A DNA stretch of 64,000 nt from Candidatus Magasanikiibacteriota bacterium (GTDB taxonomy: Bacteria; Patescibacteriota; Patescibacteriia; Magasanikbacterales; 2-02-FULL-50-9b), in contig CAITMK010000011.1 in NCBI GenBank assembly GCA_903893485.1, forward strand, positions 6,636 through 70,635, written 5' to 3'. Below are positions 48,630 to 58,717 of this stretch, piece by piece. Position 1 is the stretch's first letter; each line of letters opens with the position of its first letter. A program made the position numbers and the translations under genes. The notes under the pieces were generated by a model. It was given only the letters and a program-made list of their open reading frames with translations. It made no database searches and was not told the origin of the DNA.

Positions 48630-49064
48630 ATGTGGACATCACTTCTTTTACACAGTGCCGCCGCATTGGTGCTGATCATTGCCGCAACACAACTCATTGA
48701 TTGGGTTTTTTCTGGCACCAAACTGATGCATAAATATTACGCCGCACACGCCGAGGTGTGGCGCCCTATGCAGGCAGATACGGGTGCAAATGCTCGTGTG
48801 GTGTGGGTAAGTTTAGCCGGCTCATTTCTTTTTGCAATCGCATTTTTGATTTTTTATATTGTTTTGCAACCAGGCGTTATTTTTGGCACTGGTGCCACTC
48901 GCGCCATTATTGTTGCAATTGTTACGTGGGCAGCAACGGCGCTGCCACTTTTGTTGGTTCAGCATGTATTTATTAAATTCCATCGTGCGGTAACCGCGGC
49001 ATTTATTTTTGGATGGCTTTTCAAATTAATGGCCGCGGCGCTCATTATTACGTATCTAATCTAA
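48630..49064 (+). CDS. Membrane protein, 4 TM
   Basis: Hydrophobic ORF; start uncertain. Confidence 0.7.
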   Translation: MWTSLLLHSAAALVLIIAATQLIDWVFSGTKLMHKYYAAHAEVWRPMQADTGANARVVWVSLAGSFLFAIAFLIFYIVLQPGVIFGTGATRAIIVAIVTWAATALPLLLVQHVFIKFHRAVTAAFIFGWLFKLMAAALIITYLI

Positions 49065-49065
49065 T

Positions 49066-49383
49066 ATGCAAGATCTTTCTTCCGCAAATATTTTTTCACT
49101 TTTGGGCCTTGGCGGTGCGCCAGCCGGCGTTAAACAAATGCTTGCCGGCCGCATGATTACACTTTTGGAAAAACGGGTGCTCATACGGGTGCTTGATATT
49201 TTGCCACCAGCGCACCAAGAAGTTTTATTGAGCTTGCTCGACAGCGGATCCGAAGAGGATCGAACGTTATTTTTGCAGCAACATGTGCCGCTCATTCAAA
49301 AAATAATTGAGGACGAAGTCACTAAGTTAAAACATGAGTCACAGCAATTTGGTAATCGCTTTGCAGCTGCGGGCGCGGTTTAA
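49066..49383 (+). CDS. Small helical hypothetical protein (DUF5663-like)
   Basis: NIFSLLGL..RV..L..FLQQHVP..IIEDEV. Confidence 0.65.
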   Translation: MQDLSSANIFSLLGLGGAPAGVKQMLAGRMITLLEKRVLIRVLDILPPAHQEVLLSLLDSGSEEDRTLFLQQHVPLIQKIIEDEVTKLKHESQQFGNRFAAAGAV

Positions 49384-49392
49384 TAATTTTGT

Positions 49393-52300
49393 ATGGCAGA
49401 ACCAACGGATTTGTATTCAGGAGAACATCAGGAAATTGTTGATGCGTTATACACCAGTTATCTTGCAAACTGGGTAGACGTTGTGTTTGCTGGCCCCACA
49501 GAAATTTTTTCAGTAGATGGAAATGCAAATGCAACTTTTTTAATAAGTCTTGATCCAGACGCAAGTGATGATGCAAATACTGCAGCCGCAAAATTAAAAG
49601 CGAAGGAGCTAATTAGTTCCGGCAATTTTGATAAAATTGGTGATATTTATATTAGTCGAGCGGCTAACGAAATTGCGACACGATTAATTGCTAGTTCTGC
49701 GGAAAGCAAAAAAGGTAAAAAACTTTTGAAAGAAATTGAGCGAATTGGGTCACTGTCACGAGTGCAGGATGAAATTAGCGAAGCGTTAAAAGAAAAAAAA
49801 TATTCATTTAAAGCGTACTTGAATAATGGTGCAAATATTGAAGCGCTTGATGCATTAAAAAAACATCTTGAGGATAAAAAAAATAAGACTGAATCTGAAA
49901 AATATTTGCTTGCACAAATTGAAAAACAAATTGCAGAGCCAGTATCCCATGATGATCGGGTTCATGCAGGTTTGGTGGAATTTAAAGCGCCAGAGCCAGC
50001 GCCAAAACCAGAAATTCAAAAAATAATTCCACGACAAGTAAAGCCGGAAGAACGTGAAAAAAAAGATCGTACCACAGGTATGCCTGAATGGCATGCAAAA
50101 CCAGTTGCAGGCGCGCTCATGCCGGTTAAAATGATTGTAAATAGTGCGCGCCGTGCGCGTTATGAGGCAGTGTATGTGTCAGCAAATCCGGATGCGCCAC
50201 GCATTCCAATTACGCTCAAGGTTCAGCAGCAGATGAGTTACATGCCACCTGGTGCGCAGACAATTTTGGTGCGCTTGGGTGAACCTCAGCCAATGAAAAA
50301 TACGGCGGGCAAAGTTGATCGCTACGAAATTATTGCCACGCCAGAAATTCCAAAAATAGAGAGCGGTGCGTATATTAAGCCTGTGGATTTTCAACATGTT
50401 GGCGGTGAGGCATTTTATGTTTTGCCCGACGGCTCGCGCATGTATATTTCTCCAAAGGATCGCCTCATGCTGAATGCTAAAACCGGTTATTTGGTTGATG
50501 CAAAAGGTGAAGATACTGGTATTCCACCACTGGTAAAAATCGAAAAACATGTTCGTGAAAACACCTTTATTGGTTTTGTTGAACCGCTCGTCCGCGCTCG
50601 CAATCGTATTCAAATGGAAGGCGTCATGCGCCAGTATATTTTTGGAAGTCGTGCGCAGCGCAACTTGAGCCCCGATGATCGTGAATTTGTTGAACAAGTC
50701 GAGCGTCTTGGTTTGTTGGTTGGTAATAAACAAGTGCCCGTTGAAATCGGACGCAGACTTCGTTTGATTTTAGAAAAGGAAACAAAAAAAGAACCACAGT
50801 ATGTGGTGGTAACAGCGCGTACCACGGTGCTCCGCAAAGGTTTTCGTGAATTTGATGGATGGCTTACAAAATTTGGTAAAAAATATCCAGCTGCAAAATC
50901 AATGACCGATGAACTTTCGGCTGCCGCGGCAATTGCAAAAGATGAAATGAACGCCATGGCGCTCAAAGTGAGTAATAATGAAACCATTAGTGAGGAAGAA
51001 AAAGCGGAATATTCTGCACGCTATTCTGATTTTTTTATTAAACTATACGAGTTTGAACAATCGCCGCTGAGCCGTCCAAATGGTGGTGTGCGTCGTTTAC
51101 GCGAACGCTTTTTTACCTCTGACCTTGATGGTGAATCCGCAAATGTTATTTTAAATAAAGCTGGCATTCGCACGCTCGTTGTGCCGCAAGTACCAAATAT
51201 TATTCCTGAGGGCGAACAGAATATTGATGGTGCGGTATATTTGGACGCATCGCATTCGCTTGGTACCAAAATTCGACAAAACGGTGATAAACTTGAAATA
51301 TTTTTGGATGAAGATAATGTAAAAACTTTTTCAGCGACTCACGCAACGCTTCGTCACACTGAAAAATTGGGGCTGTTGACCAAAAAGGGTGCAGACATTG
51401 GCGAGATGCAATATTTTATCGAAATGGTAAATGCGATCGATGGATTCAAAGGGCCGTACGAAGATCCAAAACGAATCAAAGCGATTTACCAAAGTTACGA
51501 TACAAATATTTACGGCATTTCGCAGGAGCTCGCTAAAATGGGCCGTCCTGATTTAGTGTTTTGGTTTTTTGAAAAAGCCGGGCAAAAAATTGTGCGAAGA
51601 GCGCAAGAGCTTTCGCGCGCCGAAGGCGCACGCCGAAAACCAGCCGAATATGTTTTAGATGTTCTCATAAATTTTAACGCCGCAGAGGTTTTTGAAAATA
51701 AAAAACCGCCGCTCAAGATAATTGAAGCGGTTAAAAAAGCAATTCAAAAAAATAAGGCAAATACTGAAAAAGGTTTTGCAACGCTTGAAAATTCAAAAAA
51801 TAGTTTTGTCATACAAACTGATTTTGGACGCACGCTGGTTGATATTGCGCAGCCAATGGAAATTGATGATCAAGAAACCGGGCTGAAAAAAACGCTTTGG
51901 CTTGGTCGTATTAAAATGTCGGGGTTAGCTGCATTTGCCCATGGATATGATGCATATGTTGCATACAACCCCGATGGAAAAGTTGGCATGGTAAATATTC
52001 GCCCAGGCTTAAAAACAAAAAGTGGCAAGCCAAACGTGTTGCCCGTGGACATGGCCATGGATGAAAATGGATTACCAAAAGGTGATTGGATTAAAGACGG
52101 CCGCATGTACGTCATGAATGACACGAGCACCAAACTGAGTGGCTTGCACGAATTTTTGGATTCCATGTGTCGTACGGTGCCAAAGAATTTTACGCCAGGC
52201 ATTGAACGTCAAATAAAATTGGATGCGGGCATGGATGTTTCTGCTCCACCACCTCCACCTGATCGTTCGAAATTAACTCCAAAGCAATTAGATATTCAGC

Positions 52301-54882
52301 GAAATATCTTATCGAAGAAATTGGAAAATCTTAAACAGCATCCTGAATTAATTTCCGAGATTGATGCGGGTTTTGTCATTGCCGCCGAAGAGGGCGTGCT
52401 TCGTGAGTTCACAAAGTTATATTATGATGATGAAGAGCAACGATCAGCATCAGATTTTATCATTTTAGAGTGGTGGAAAAATTTACACGCAGATACTCGC
52501 AAGAAAATTTTGATGAAAGCTGAGGCAATCCGTACGCAAGTCATGAAAGCGCACGATCTTCGTCGTAAAAATGAAGTCGAGCTTAGCAACATGTCGCGTA
52601 TATTGGCGCGATTGCGTTATGACGAACGTGTGGCGCTCTATCGAGCTGCTCGTGCCGGTGCCGAAATTCCCGTTCCATTTAATGCTTTTTCTGCTCATGG
52701 CCCAACGCCAGAGCAAAAGGCGCAGTGGCAAAAGTTTGTAATTAAAGAATGGTATGGAACTTTAACGCATCAGCAGCATGTCTATTTCAAAGAACGCGCT
52801 GATTTGCCGGGCATTTTGCGTGAACGCGCGGAAAAAACGCGCCTTGAGCTTGCCCGCATTGACAGCGAACTAAGGGAGTTTTCATCAACGGGAAGCCGAT
52901 TTAAAGCAGTATTTACGTCGCAAGATGAAGCGGATAGAAAAAAGTTACAATTCGAAAAGCTTCAGGCTGAGCGAAAGATTGCAGTATTAGAATATCGCGT
53001 AGCACAAGAAGAAATTTGGGTGCAGGATCAGACGCAAGAGGCAGATAAATTAATCGACGAGATTTTGGTAAAATTTGAAAAGAATGCGTCAGGTTTATCA
53101 ACGCGACTTTTTGGTAATACGAATATTGCGTGGAATGTTGGTGCGCAGACAATTTCAGGGGAGGCGATATATGGTTTAATTAATGGTACCCCAGATATAA
53201 CGGGCGCACTCAGAACATCGCCATTTTTATTGGGTGAATCAGTAGCAGCAATTACGTTAAAACGACGCGAACCCGCTGAGCTTACTGGCGAGCGCATGCC
53301 ACAAACGCCACTTGAACAGTGTATTTTTTTGCAGCGAAAAATTTCGGAAATATACGGTGCTGAAACGATAAAATATGGTTCAATTACTGCAGCCATCGAA
53401 CACGATCCGCTCAAAAAATTATATAGTCAATACAAAGAATCTCTTGACCATTCAGTTTCCGACAAAATGTATTTTTTGAAGGATATTTTTGCGCGTCAGG
53501 ACAAAATGTTTCAAGCTTTTGTCGCAGTAAATACTTTTGGAAACTCTTTTGATGGTCTTTCGAAGTCTGTTGCGGGTGCTAACGAGCGATATGCGGGCTA
53601 TAAAGCAAAAGGAAAATTAAAAGGCGCCCTTTTGAATATGCACGAAGGCCTTGCAAAGTTTGATGTTGCGGTTCAGGAATATCAGCAGGCACTTAATGAA
53701 TTGCCTCATTTAGTAGATAAAAAATTCATCGATCTTGTCCAGGAAAAAATTAAAACAAGATTTGAATTGTCAAAGAAAATAGGCGATGCTTGGGTTACCA
53801 ATCGTCAAGCAGAAATTCCAGCACTTTTAGATCAAAGTAAATACGATGACGATGCGACTGTTGCTCAAGCAGTTATTCGAACTGAAGTGGTGCGGCACGT
53901 TGTCCGGGCAGCAGCAAATGTAGATGAAGCTGTAGCACGTGCCGATGAAGAATTGGCCACCCGTGGTGTGCGTACATTTGATACCGGTTTTACAACGCCA
54001 GAACAAAAAGGTTTTTTTGGTCGCGTTTTTGAAGGCGTTGGTATTCCGTCGGAAGAACGCCGTTTATGGGGCCCAACGCTTAAAACTGGTGGCGCATCCC
54101 TGCGTGAAATTGCAGGCAAGAAAAATGAGCATATCGTGCAGCCATTTGAATCGCCATTTGATGTAGTTGAACAATTGATGCAAGCAGTGCATCCCGAAAT
54201 TGGCCCTGCAATGATCACTCGTTTGACGCAGCGATTTATGACAAAGGGTGAAGTGAAAGATTCTGCTGGGCAATTTTCAGGTGCGTTTATGCATAATGGC
54301 CAGTATCTCGGCACCTTGCACGCTGGTGATCGCGTTATTGCATGGCATTCCGAAAACGCAGCCATGGCGGAAATGCGTATCGAAATTAAGCGCGCTCCAG
54401 TAGTGGCGCATACCATCAAAGAAGTATCCGGCTATCCATTTTTTGCCGATGATGGAACGCTTGAATTTTTCTATGAACCTGCACAAAATAATAGCGTTGA
54501 TGTGTGGGAACGTGGATCAAGAGGCGTGCTGCGTAAAAAAGGATCCTTTGATTCCGCAAACAGATTTCAACCTTACGCCGAGAGACTTTGGAAATTTACG
54601 AATAACCAAGGTGCCTTGGATACGGTTGGCGAATCAGATTATTATGTTTGGTTTAGCCCCAATGGCGACGTGATTGATAACGAAAGAAACGAAAAGATTG
54701 GAAAAACAGAAGCGTTTGGAAGATATTTATTTGTAATTCCCGACACCGGCGTTCAAAGAAAAATAGACACTACAACGGGTAAATTTTTCATCGACACGGC
54801 GGGCATCGTTTGGCAATCAGATAAACTGATTGGCGATCAGCCGCTCGGCGCACTTATCGCGCATCTGAACACGCTGCCGTAG
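49393..54882 (+). CDS. Giant 1829-aa hypothetical protein with a possible degenerate DHH-like region
   Basis: Uninterrupted ORF; DLDG..YLD..LDED..SAT segment; coiled coils. Confidence 0.8.
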   Translation: MAEPTDLYSGEHQEIVDALYTSYLANWVDVVFAGPTEIFSVDGNANATFLISLDPDASDDANTAAAKLKAKELISSGNFDKIGDIYISRAANEIATRLIASSAESKKGKKLLKEIERIGSLSRVQDEISEALKEKKYSFKAYLNNGANIEALDALKKHLEDKKNKTESEKYLLAQIEKQIAEPVSHDDRVHAGLVEFKAPEPAPKPEIQKIIPRQVKPEEREKKDRTTGMPEWHAKPVAGALMPVKMIVNSARRARYEAVYVSANPDAPRIPITLKVQQQMSYMPPGAQTILVRLGEPQPMKNTAGKVDRYEIIATPEIPKIESGAYIKPVDFQHVGGEAFYVLPDGSRMYISPKDRLMLNAKTGYLVDAKGEDTGIPPLVKIEKHVRENTFIGFVEPLVRARNRIQMEGVMRQYIFGSRAQRNLSPDDREFVEQVERLGLLVGNKQVPVEIGRRLRLILEKETKKEPQYVVVTARTTVLRKGFREFDGWLTKFGKKYPAAKSMTDELSAAAAIAKDEMNAMALKVSNNETISEEEKAEYSARYSDFFIKLYEFEQSPLSRPNGGVRRLRERFFTSDLDGESANVILNKAGIRTLVVPQVPNIIPEGEQNIDGAVYLDASHSLGTKIRQNGDKLEIFLDEDNVKTFSATHATLRHTEKLGLLTKKGADIGEMQYFIEMVNAIDGFKGPYEDPKRIKAIYQSYDTNIYGISQELAKMGRPDLVFWFFEKAGQKIVRRAQELSRAEGARRKPAEYVLDVLINFNAAEVFENKKPPLKIIEAVKKAIQKNKANTEKGFATLENSKNSFVIQTDFGRTLVDIAQPMEIDDQETGLKKTLWLGRIKMSGLAAFAHGYDAYVAYNPDGKVGMVNIRPGLKTKSGKPNVLPVDMAMDENGLPKGDWIKDGRMYVMNDTSTKLSGLHEFLDSMCRTVPKNFTPGIERQIKLDAGMDVSAPPPPPDRSKLTPKQLDIQRNILSKKLENLKQHPELISEIDAGFVIAAEEGVLREFTKLYYDDEEQRSASDFIILEWWKNLHADTRKKILMKAEAIRTQVMKAHDLRRKNEVELSNMSRILARLRYDERVALYRAARAGAEIPVPFNAFSAHGPTPEQKAQWQKFVIKEWYGTLTHQQHVYFKERADLPGILRERAEKTRLELARIDSELREFSSTGSRFKAVFTSQDEADRKKLQFEKLQAERKIAVLEYRVAQEEIWVQDQTQEADKLIDEILVKFEKNASGLSTRLFGNTNIAWNVGAQTISGEAIYGLINGTPDITGALRTSPFLLGESVAAITLKRREPAELTGERMPQTPLEQCIFLQRKISEIYGAETIKYGSITAAIEHDPLKKLYSQYKESLDHSVSDKMYFLKDIFARQDKMFQAFVAVNTFGNSFDGLSKSVAGANERYAGYKAKGKLKGALLNMHEGLAKFDVAVQEYQQALNELPHLVDKKFIDLVQEKIKTRFELSKKIGDAWVTNRQAEIPALLDQSKYDDDATVAQAVIRTEVVRHVVRAAANVDEAVARADEELATRGVRTFDTGFTTPEQKGFFGRVFEGVGIPSEERRLWGPTLKTGGASLREIAGKKNEHIVQPFESPFDVVEQLMQAVHPEIGPAMITRLTQRFMTKGEVKDSAGQFSGAFMHNGQYLGTLHAGDRVIAWHSENAAMAEMRIEIKRAPVVAHTIKEVSGYPFFADDGTLEFFYEPAQNNSVDVWERGSRGVLRKKGSFDSANRFQPYAERLWKFTNNQGALDTVGESDYYVWFSPNGDVIDNERNEKIGKTEAFGRYLFVIPDTGVQRKIDTTTGKFFIDTAGIVWQSDKLIGDQPLGALIAHLNTLP

Positions 54883-55678
54883 CGCGCATGGCGCAGGCAA
54901 TCGTAACCGGTCCAACGCCGCCGGGCGTTGGGGTAATCCAGTTTGCAAGCGGTTCAACTTCTTCAAAATTTACATCGCCAACCACACGGCCAGTTGGCAG
55001 GCGATTAATACCAATATCAATTACCGTGGCGCCTGGTTTTATATGCGCTGCGGTAATTAAGTTTGCGTGGCCAACCGCAACAACTAAAACATCAGCTGCG
55101 CCCGTTAGTTCGGGCGTTATATCTTCGGGCTTAACAAAAGTTGTTTGCAATCTTTTTTTTTCGAGCAAATGCGTAAGTGGCGCCAAAAAAACATCGGATT
55201 TGCCAATGATGAGTGCATTTTTACCGCTAAAATTCTGTGTGGTTTCGACCAGCAAAAATTCTATTGCTTCAAGCAAAACGGGCGTGCGGGCACCAGGCAC
55301 ATCTGCAATAAAATCCGCAATATTTTTTGGATGAAATCCGTCAACATCTTTGGCCGGGTCCATAGCTGCAATCACCGCATCGGTATCGATGCCCGCGGGC
55401 AACGGCAATTGAATCAAAATACCGTCGACATCGGCGCGCACATTTAAATTTTGTACCAGCGTAATCAGTGATTCGGTGGTTGCGGTTTCTTCGGCGTGCA
55501 GTTCAAAATCAATGCCAACGCGCGCGGCCGCGGCTGCTTTTCGCGCGTCATACATTTTACTTGCAGGATCGTTGCCAATTAAAACAACAACTAATTTTGG
55601 TTTTTTACCGCTTGCTACAATGCGCTGCGCCAATTCTGTTTCAAGTTTTGTTGCCAATGCGGTTCCGGATAAGATCAT
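54854..55678 (-). CDS. folD: Methylene-THF dehydrogenase/cyclohydrolase
   Basis: GILIQLPLP, KDVDGFH, VIDIGIN and TPTPGGVGP motifs. Confidence 0.95.
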   Translation of the reverse strand: MILSGTALATKLETELAQRIVASGKKPKLVVVLIGNDPASKMYDARKAAAAARVGIDFELHAEETATTESLITLVQNLNVRADVDGILIQLPLPAGIDTDAVIAAMDPAKDVDGFHPKNIADFIADVPGARTPVLLEAIEFLLVETTQNFSGKNALIIGKSDVFLAPLTHLLEKKRLQTTFVKPEDITPELTGAADVLVVAVGHANLITAAHIKPGATVIDIGINRLPTGRVVGDVNFEEVEPLANWITPTPGGVGPVTIACAMRATAACSDAR

Positions 55679-56961
55679 AAATCAATATATGGTGGGTGCT
55701 GCGCTGCCAAAGCAGTTACGCGAGTTTTTAGCGCTGCCAAAAAAGTTTCATCGTCGGCGTGAGTCAATGCGGCGTGCATAATTTCAGAGATAAACTCCAT
55801 ATCCTTTTCAACCAGGCCACGCGATGTCATGGCTGGTGTGCCAAAACGAATACCGGATGGATCAAATGCCTTACGTGGATCGTACGGCACGGTATTTTTA
55901 TTCACCGTGAGGCCGGCTTTGCCCAATGCAACTTCCGCAACCGCGCCGCCAATACCAAATGGCGTGACATCCATTAGAATTAAATGGTTATCCGTGCCGC
56001 CGGTAACTAATTTGCAGCCAAGCGCCATCAGCGCATCGGCCAATTTTTTTGCGTTCTTCACGACTTGCGCCCCGTAAATTTTAAATTCTGGTGACGCCGC
56101 ATGTTTGAGTGCAACAGCGATTGCAGCGGTCTGATGATTGTGTGGGCCGCCTTGCAAACCAGGGAACACGGCGCGATCAACAAGTGTTGGAATATTTTCA
56201 CGAGTTTTTGGAACGGCTTTGAGCGGCATTGATGGTAAGCCGTTACATAAAATCAAAGCGCCACGAGGGCCGCACAGCGTTTTGTGCGTGGTGGTGGTGA
56301 CAACATCGGCGTGGCCAACTGGCGACGCATGCACACCCGCCACAACAAGCCCTGCGATGTGTGAAATATCGGCCAACAAAAATGCATCAACCTCTTTTGC
56401 AATTTGTGCCATGCGTACAAAATCCAACGCGCGTGGATAGGCAGTTGTTCCACAAACTAATAATTTTGGACGCACTTCCTTTGCTTGTTTTTCAACTTCG
56501 TCGTAATTAATCCAACCGTCTTCGCCGGTTGAGTAGGGATGCGATTCAAAAAAAGTTCCTGAAAAATTAACGCCATGCCCGTGGGTTAAGTGGCCGCCAA
56601 ACGAAAGTGAAAGTCCCATGACTTTTTCGCCAGGATTAAGCAGCGCCATGTACACGGCCTGATTAGCCGGTGAGCCAGAATATGGCTGAACATTTGCATG
56701 GGTCACGCCAAAAAGCGCCTTTGCACGGTCACGTGCCAAATTTTCAATTACATCGATGTGTTCATTGCCGCCGTAATATCGTTTGCCCGGGTAGCCCTCG
56801 GAATATTTATCAGTTAAAATTGAACCAAGCGCTTCCAGAACGCCGGTTTGGGTAACATTTTCGGAGGGGATTAAATCAAAACCTTCGGAGCGGCGAGCAA
56901 GCTCTGCCATGATTGCAGCGTGAATCTCGGGGTCTTGTGAGGCAAGGTGTGGGTACAGCAT
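55675..56961 (-). CDS. glyA: Serine hydroxymethyltransferase
   Basis: LIPSEN, YSEGYPGKRYYGG, TTTTHKTL and SGIRFGT motifs. Confidence 0.97.
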   Translation of the reverse strand: MLYPHLASQDPEIHAAIMAELARRSEGFDLIPSENVTQTGVLEALGSILTDKYSEGYPGKRYYGGNEHIDVIENLARDRAKALFGVTHANVQPYSGSPANQAVYMALLNPGEKVMGLSLSFGGHLTHGHGVNFSGTFFESHPYSTGEDGWINYDEVEKQAKEVRPKLLVCGTTAYPRALDFVRMAQIAKEVDAFLLADISHIAGLVVAGVHASPVGHADVVTTTTHKTLCGPRGALILCNGLPSMPLKAVPKTRENIPTLVDRAVFPGLQGGPHNHQTAAIAVALKHAASPEFKIYGAQVVKNAKKLADALMALGCKLVTGGTDNHLILMDVTPFGIGGAVAEVALGKAGLTVNKNTVPYDPRKAFDPSGIRFGTPAMTSRGLVEKDMEFISEIMHAALTHADDETFLAALKTRVTALAAQHPPYIDL

Positions 56962-56977
56962 GGGAATGAAGATAAAA

Positions 56978-58717
56978 TCATACCGATTTTACCATGTAGG
57001 TGCCGGCTCGTACATACCCAATTTTTTCGTAAAAACCGCGTACACCAACGCCCGAAATTACGGTCATGCTGTGGCGCCCGCTGACGCGCACAATTTCTTC
57101 GGCCGCGAGCATTAAGCGTTTGCCAAGTCCTCGATGTTGCTGATCTGATGCGTTTGCAATTGCTGCAACCGGAACCAAAAAACCGTACGTATGCAGTTCG
57201 CGAATAAATGAAGTGTGTTTTGTTTCGGGCAAAAGTTCGTGGAGTTTTTTTACCTGATCATCAACGGCTTCGTCGGGAATATACAAACGCGCAAACGCAA
57301 ATACCGCGCGGCGCTGCGTGTCTTCGAGCGACAAAAAATATTCAGTGCCCTGCGATGCGCGATATTTTTCCGTGAATAATTCAAGATGATCAACTTCGAA
57401 AGCAATTTCTGGAATATCTTTAGCAACGTGGCCAACCTCGCGGCAACGCAAACACAAGCACGCGCGGCCTTCTTTGTGCAGTTGCGTTTGGATTGCTTCT
57501 CGCAAATTGGTAACCGTGTTGCCCGCAATAATTTCGTTGCCCGGAATATCGCGAATGAGGCGCGAGATGCGGCAGTAGCGGGGAATTAAATTTGCTTTTA
57601 CATCGGCAAGCATTTTTTGCAAAAGTGGTAGCGCGTATGGTGTGTATTCGCCGCGCGCATGCCATTCGGCAATTTCGGCGGTTGGCGTTACGACGCACGG
57701 ATAAATTTTAATCATGTCTGGGCGCAAATCTTCGCGCTCAAAAATTTCTTCGTACATTTTGTAATCCTTTTCAGGCGTGGTGCCTGGAAGTTGCGGCATG
57801 GTGTGCACATCAACTTTAAAACCCGCATGACGCAAAAGGCGCATGGCCTCGGCGGTTTGCTCAATCGTGTGGCCACGTTTTACCAATTCTAAAATTTCGT
57901 TGTCCGTGTGCTGCAAACCTAATTCTACGCGGGTGCAGCCCAGCATGCGCAGCTGCCACAGCGTGTTGGGGCGGATCCAATCAGGGCGCGTTTCCAATGT
58001 TAATCCAATAATGCGGCTGCCGGTTTTTTCGTTCAGCACCTGCGCGGTTTCCAGACGCACTAATTCTTCGCCGACAAATTTTTCAATTTCAGCGTGCGTT
58101 CGGAGCGTCGGCGTGTCGGTAAAACTAAATGTACCAGATTCGTGATTGGTACGAATCGTGTGGTCGTCGCCGGTTTCATCAGTAATACCAAACGCATTGC
58201 ACGCATCAAAACAGCGGCGAATAAACCATAGTTGATAATGCCAGGTATACGCGCTCCAGGTGCCACCCTTAATGATCAGTTCAACTTTATCGGTTGGATG
58301 ACCATTGGCCGCGAGCATGGTGAGGCGGCCATACACTTGCGCAAACGGATCAAATTCAAAACGAAGCGCGCGCTGGGCAGCTGGCTCGGTTTCGATGTAA
58401 CTTTTTGGCATGCGGACTTCGGTTGGGCAATAGGTGCAGGTGCCAGGGCATGGAAACGGCTTGGTAAGCGCGGTAATAATTGCAACACCACTTTGGGTGC
58501 GGACCGCGCGTTTTTTAAGTAAATTATCTAAAACTTTGGTTGGCGGAATTTCGCCTGAGGACACCATTTCCACAAAAGCTCGGCGCAAAGCCGCGGTGGA
58601 AGGAGGGTCGCTGTGGTGTTCAGATACCACTTGTTGCTTCAATTGTAAAAATTCCTCAGGCGTTGTACACTGAAGACCTCGACGGATTATCTCTTTATTT
58701 ATTTCGTGAGGAATCAT
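56978..58717 (-). CDS. elp3: Elp3 radical SAM/KAT tRNA U34 carboxymethyltransferase
   Basis: CPGTCTYCP, ETRPD, KIYPC, RCRE, RELH and QHRGLG..ISGVGVR.FY motifs. Confidence 0.92.
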   Translation of the reverse strand: MIPHEINKEIIRRGLQCTTPEEFLQLKQQVVSEHHSDPPSTAALRRAFVEMVSSGEIPPTKVLDNLLKKRAVRTQSGVAIITALTKPFPCPGTCTYCPTEVRMPKSYIETEPAAQRALRFEFDPFAQVYGRLTMLAANGHPTDKVELIIKGGTWSAYTWHYQLWFIRRCFDACNAFGITDETGDDHTIRTNHESGTFSFTDTPTLRTHAEIEKFVGEELVRLETAQVLNEKTGSRIIGLTLETRPDWIRPNTLWQLRMLGCTRVELGLQHTDNEILELVKRGHTIEQTAEAMRLLRHAGFKVDVHTMPQLPGTTPEKDYKMYEEIFEREDLRPDMIKIYPCVVTPTAEIAEWHARGEYTPYALPLLQKMLADVKANLIPRYCRISRLIRDIPGNEIIAGNTVTNLREAIQTQLHKEGRACLCLRCREVGHVAKDIPEIAFEVDHLELFTEKYRASQGTEYFLSLEDTQRRAVFAFARLYIPDEAVDDQVKKLHELLPETKHTSFIRELHTYGFLVPVAAIANASDQQHRGLGKRLMLAAEEIVRVSGRHSMTVISGVGVRGFYEKIGYVRAGTYMVKSV

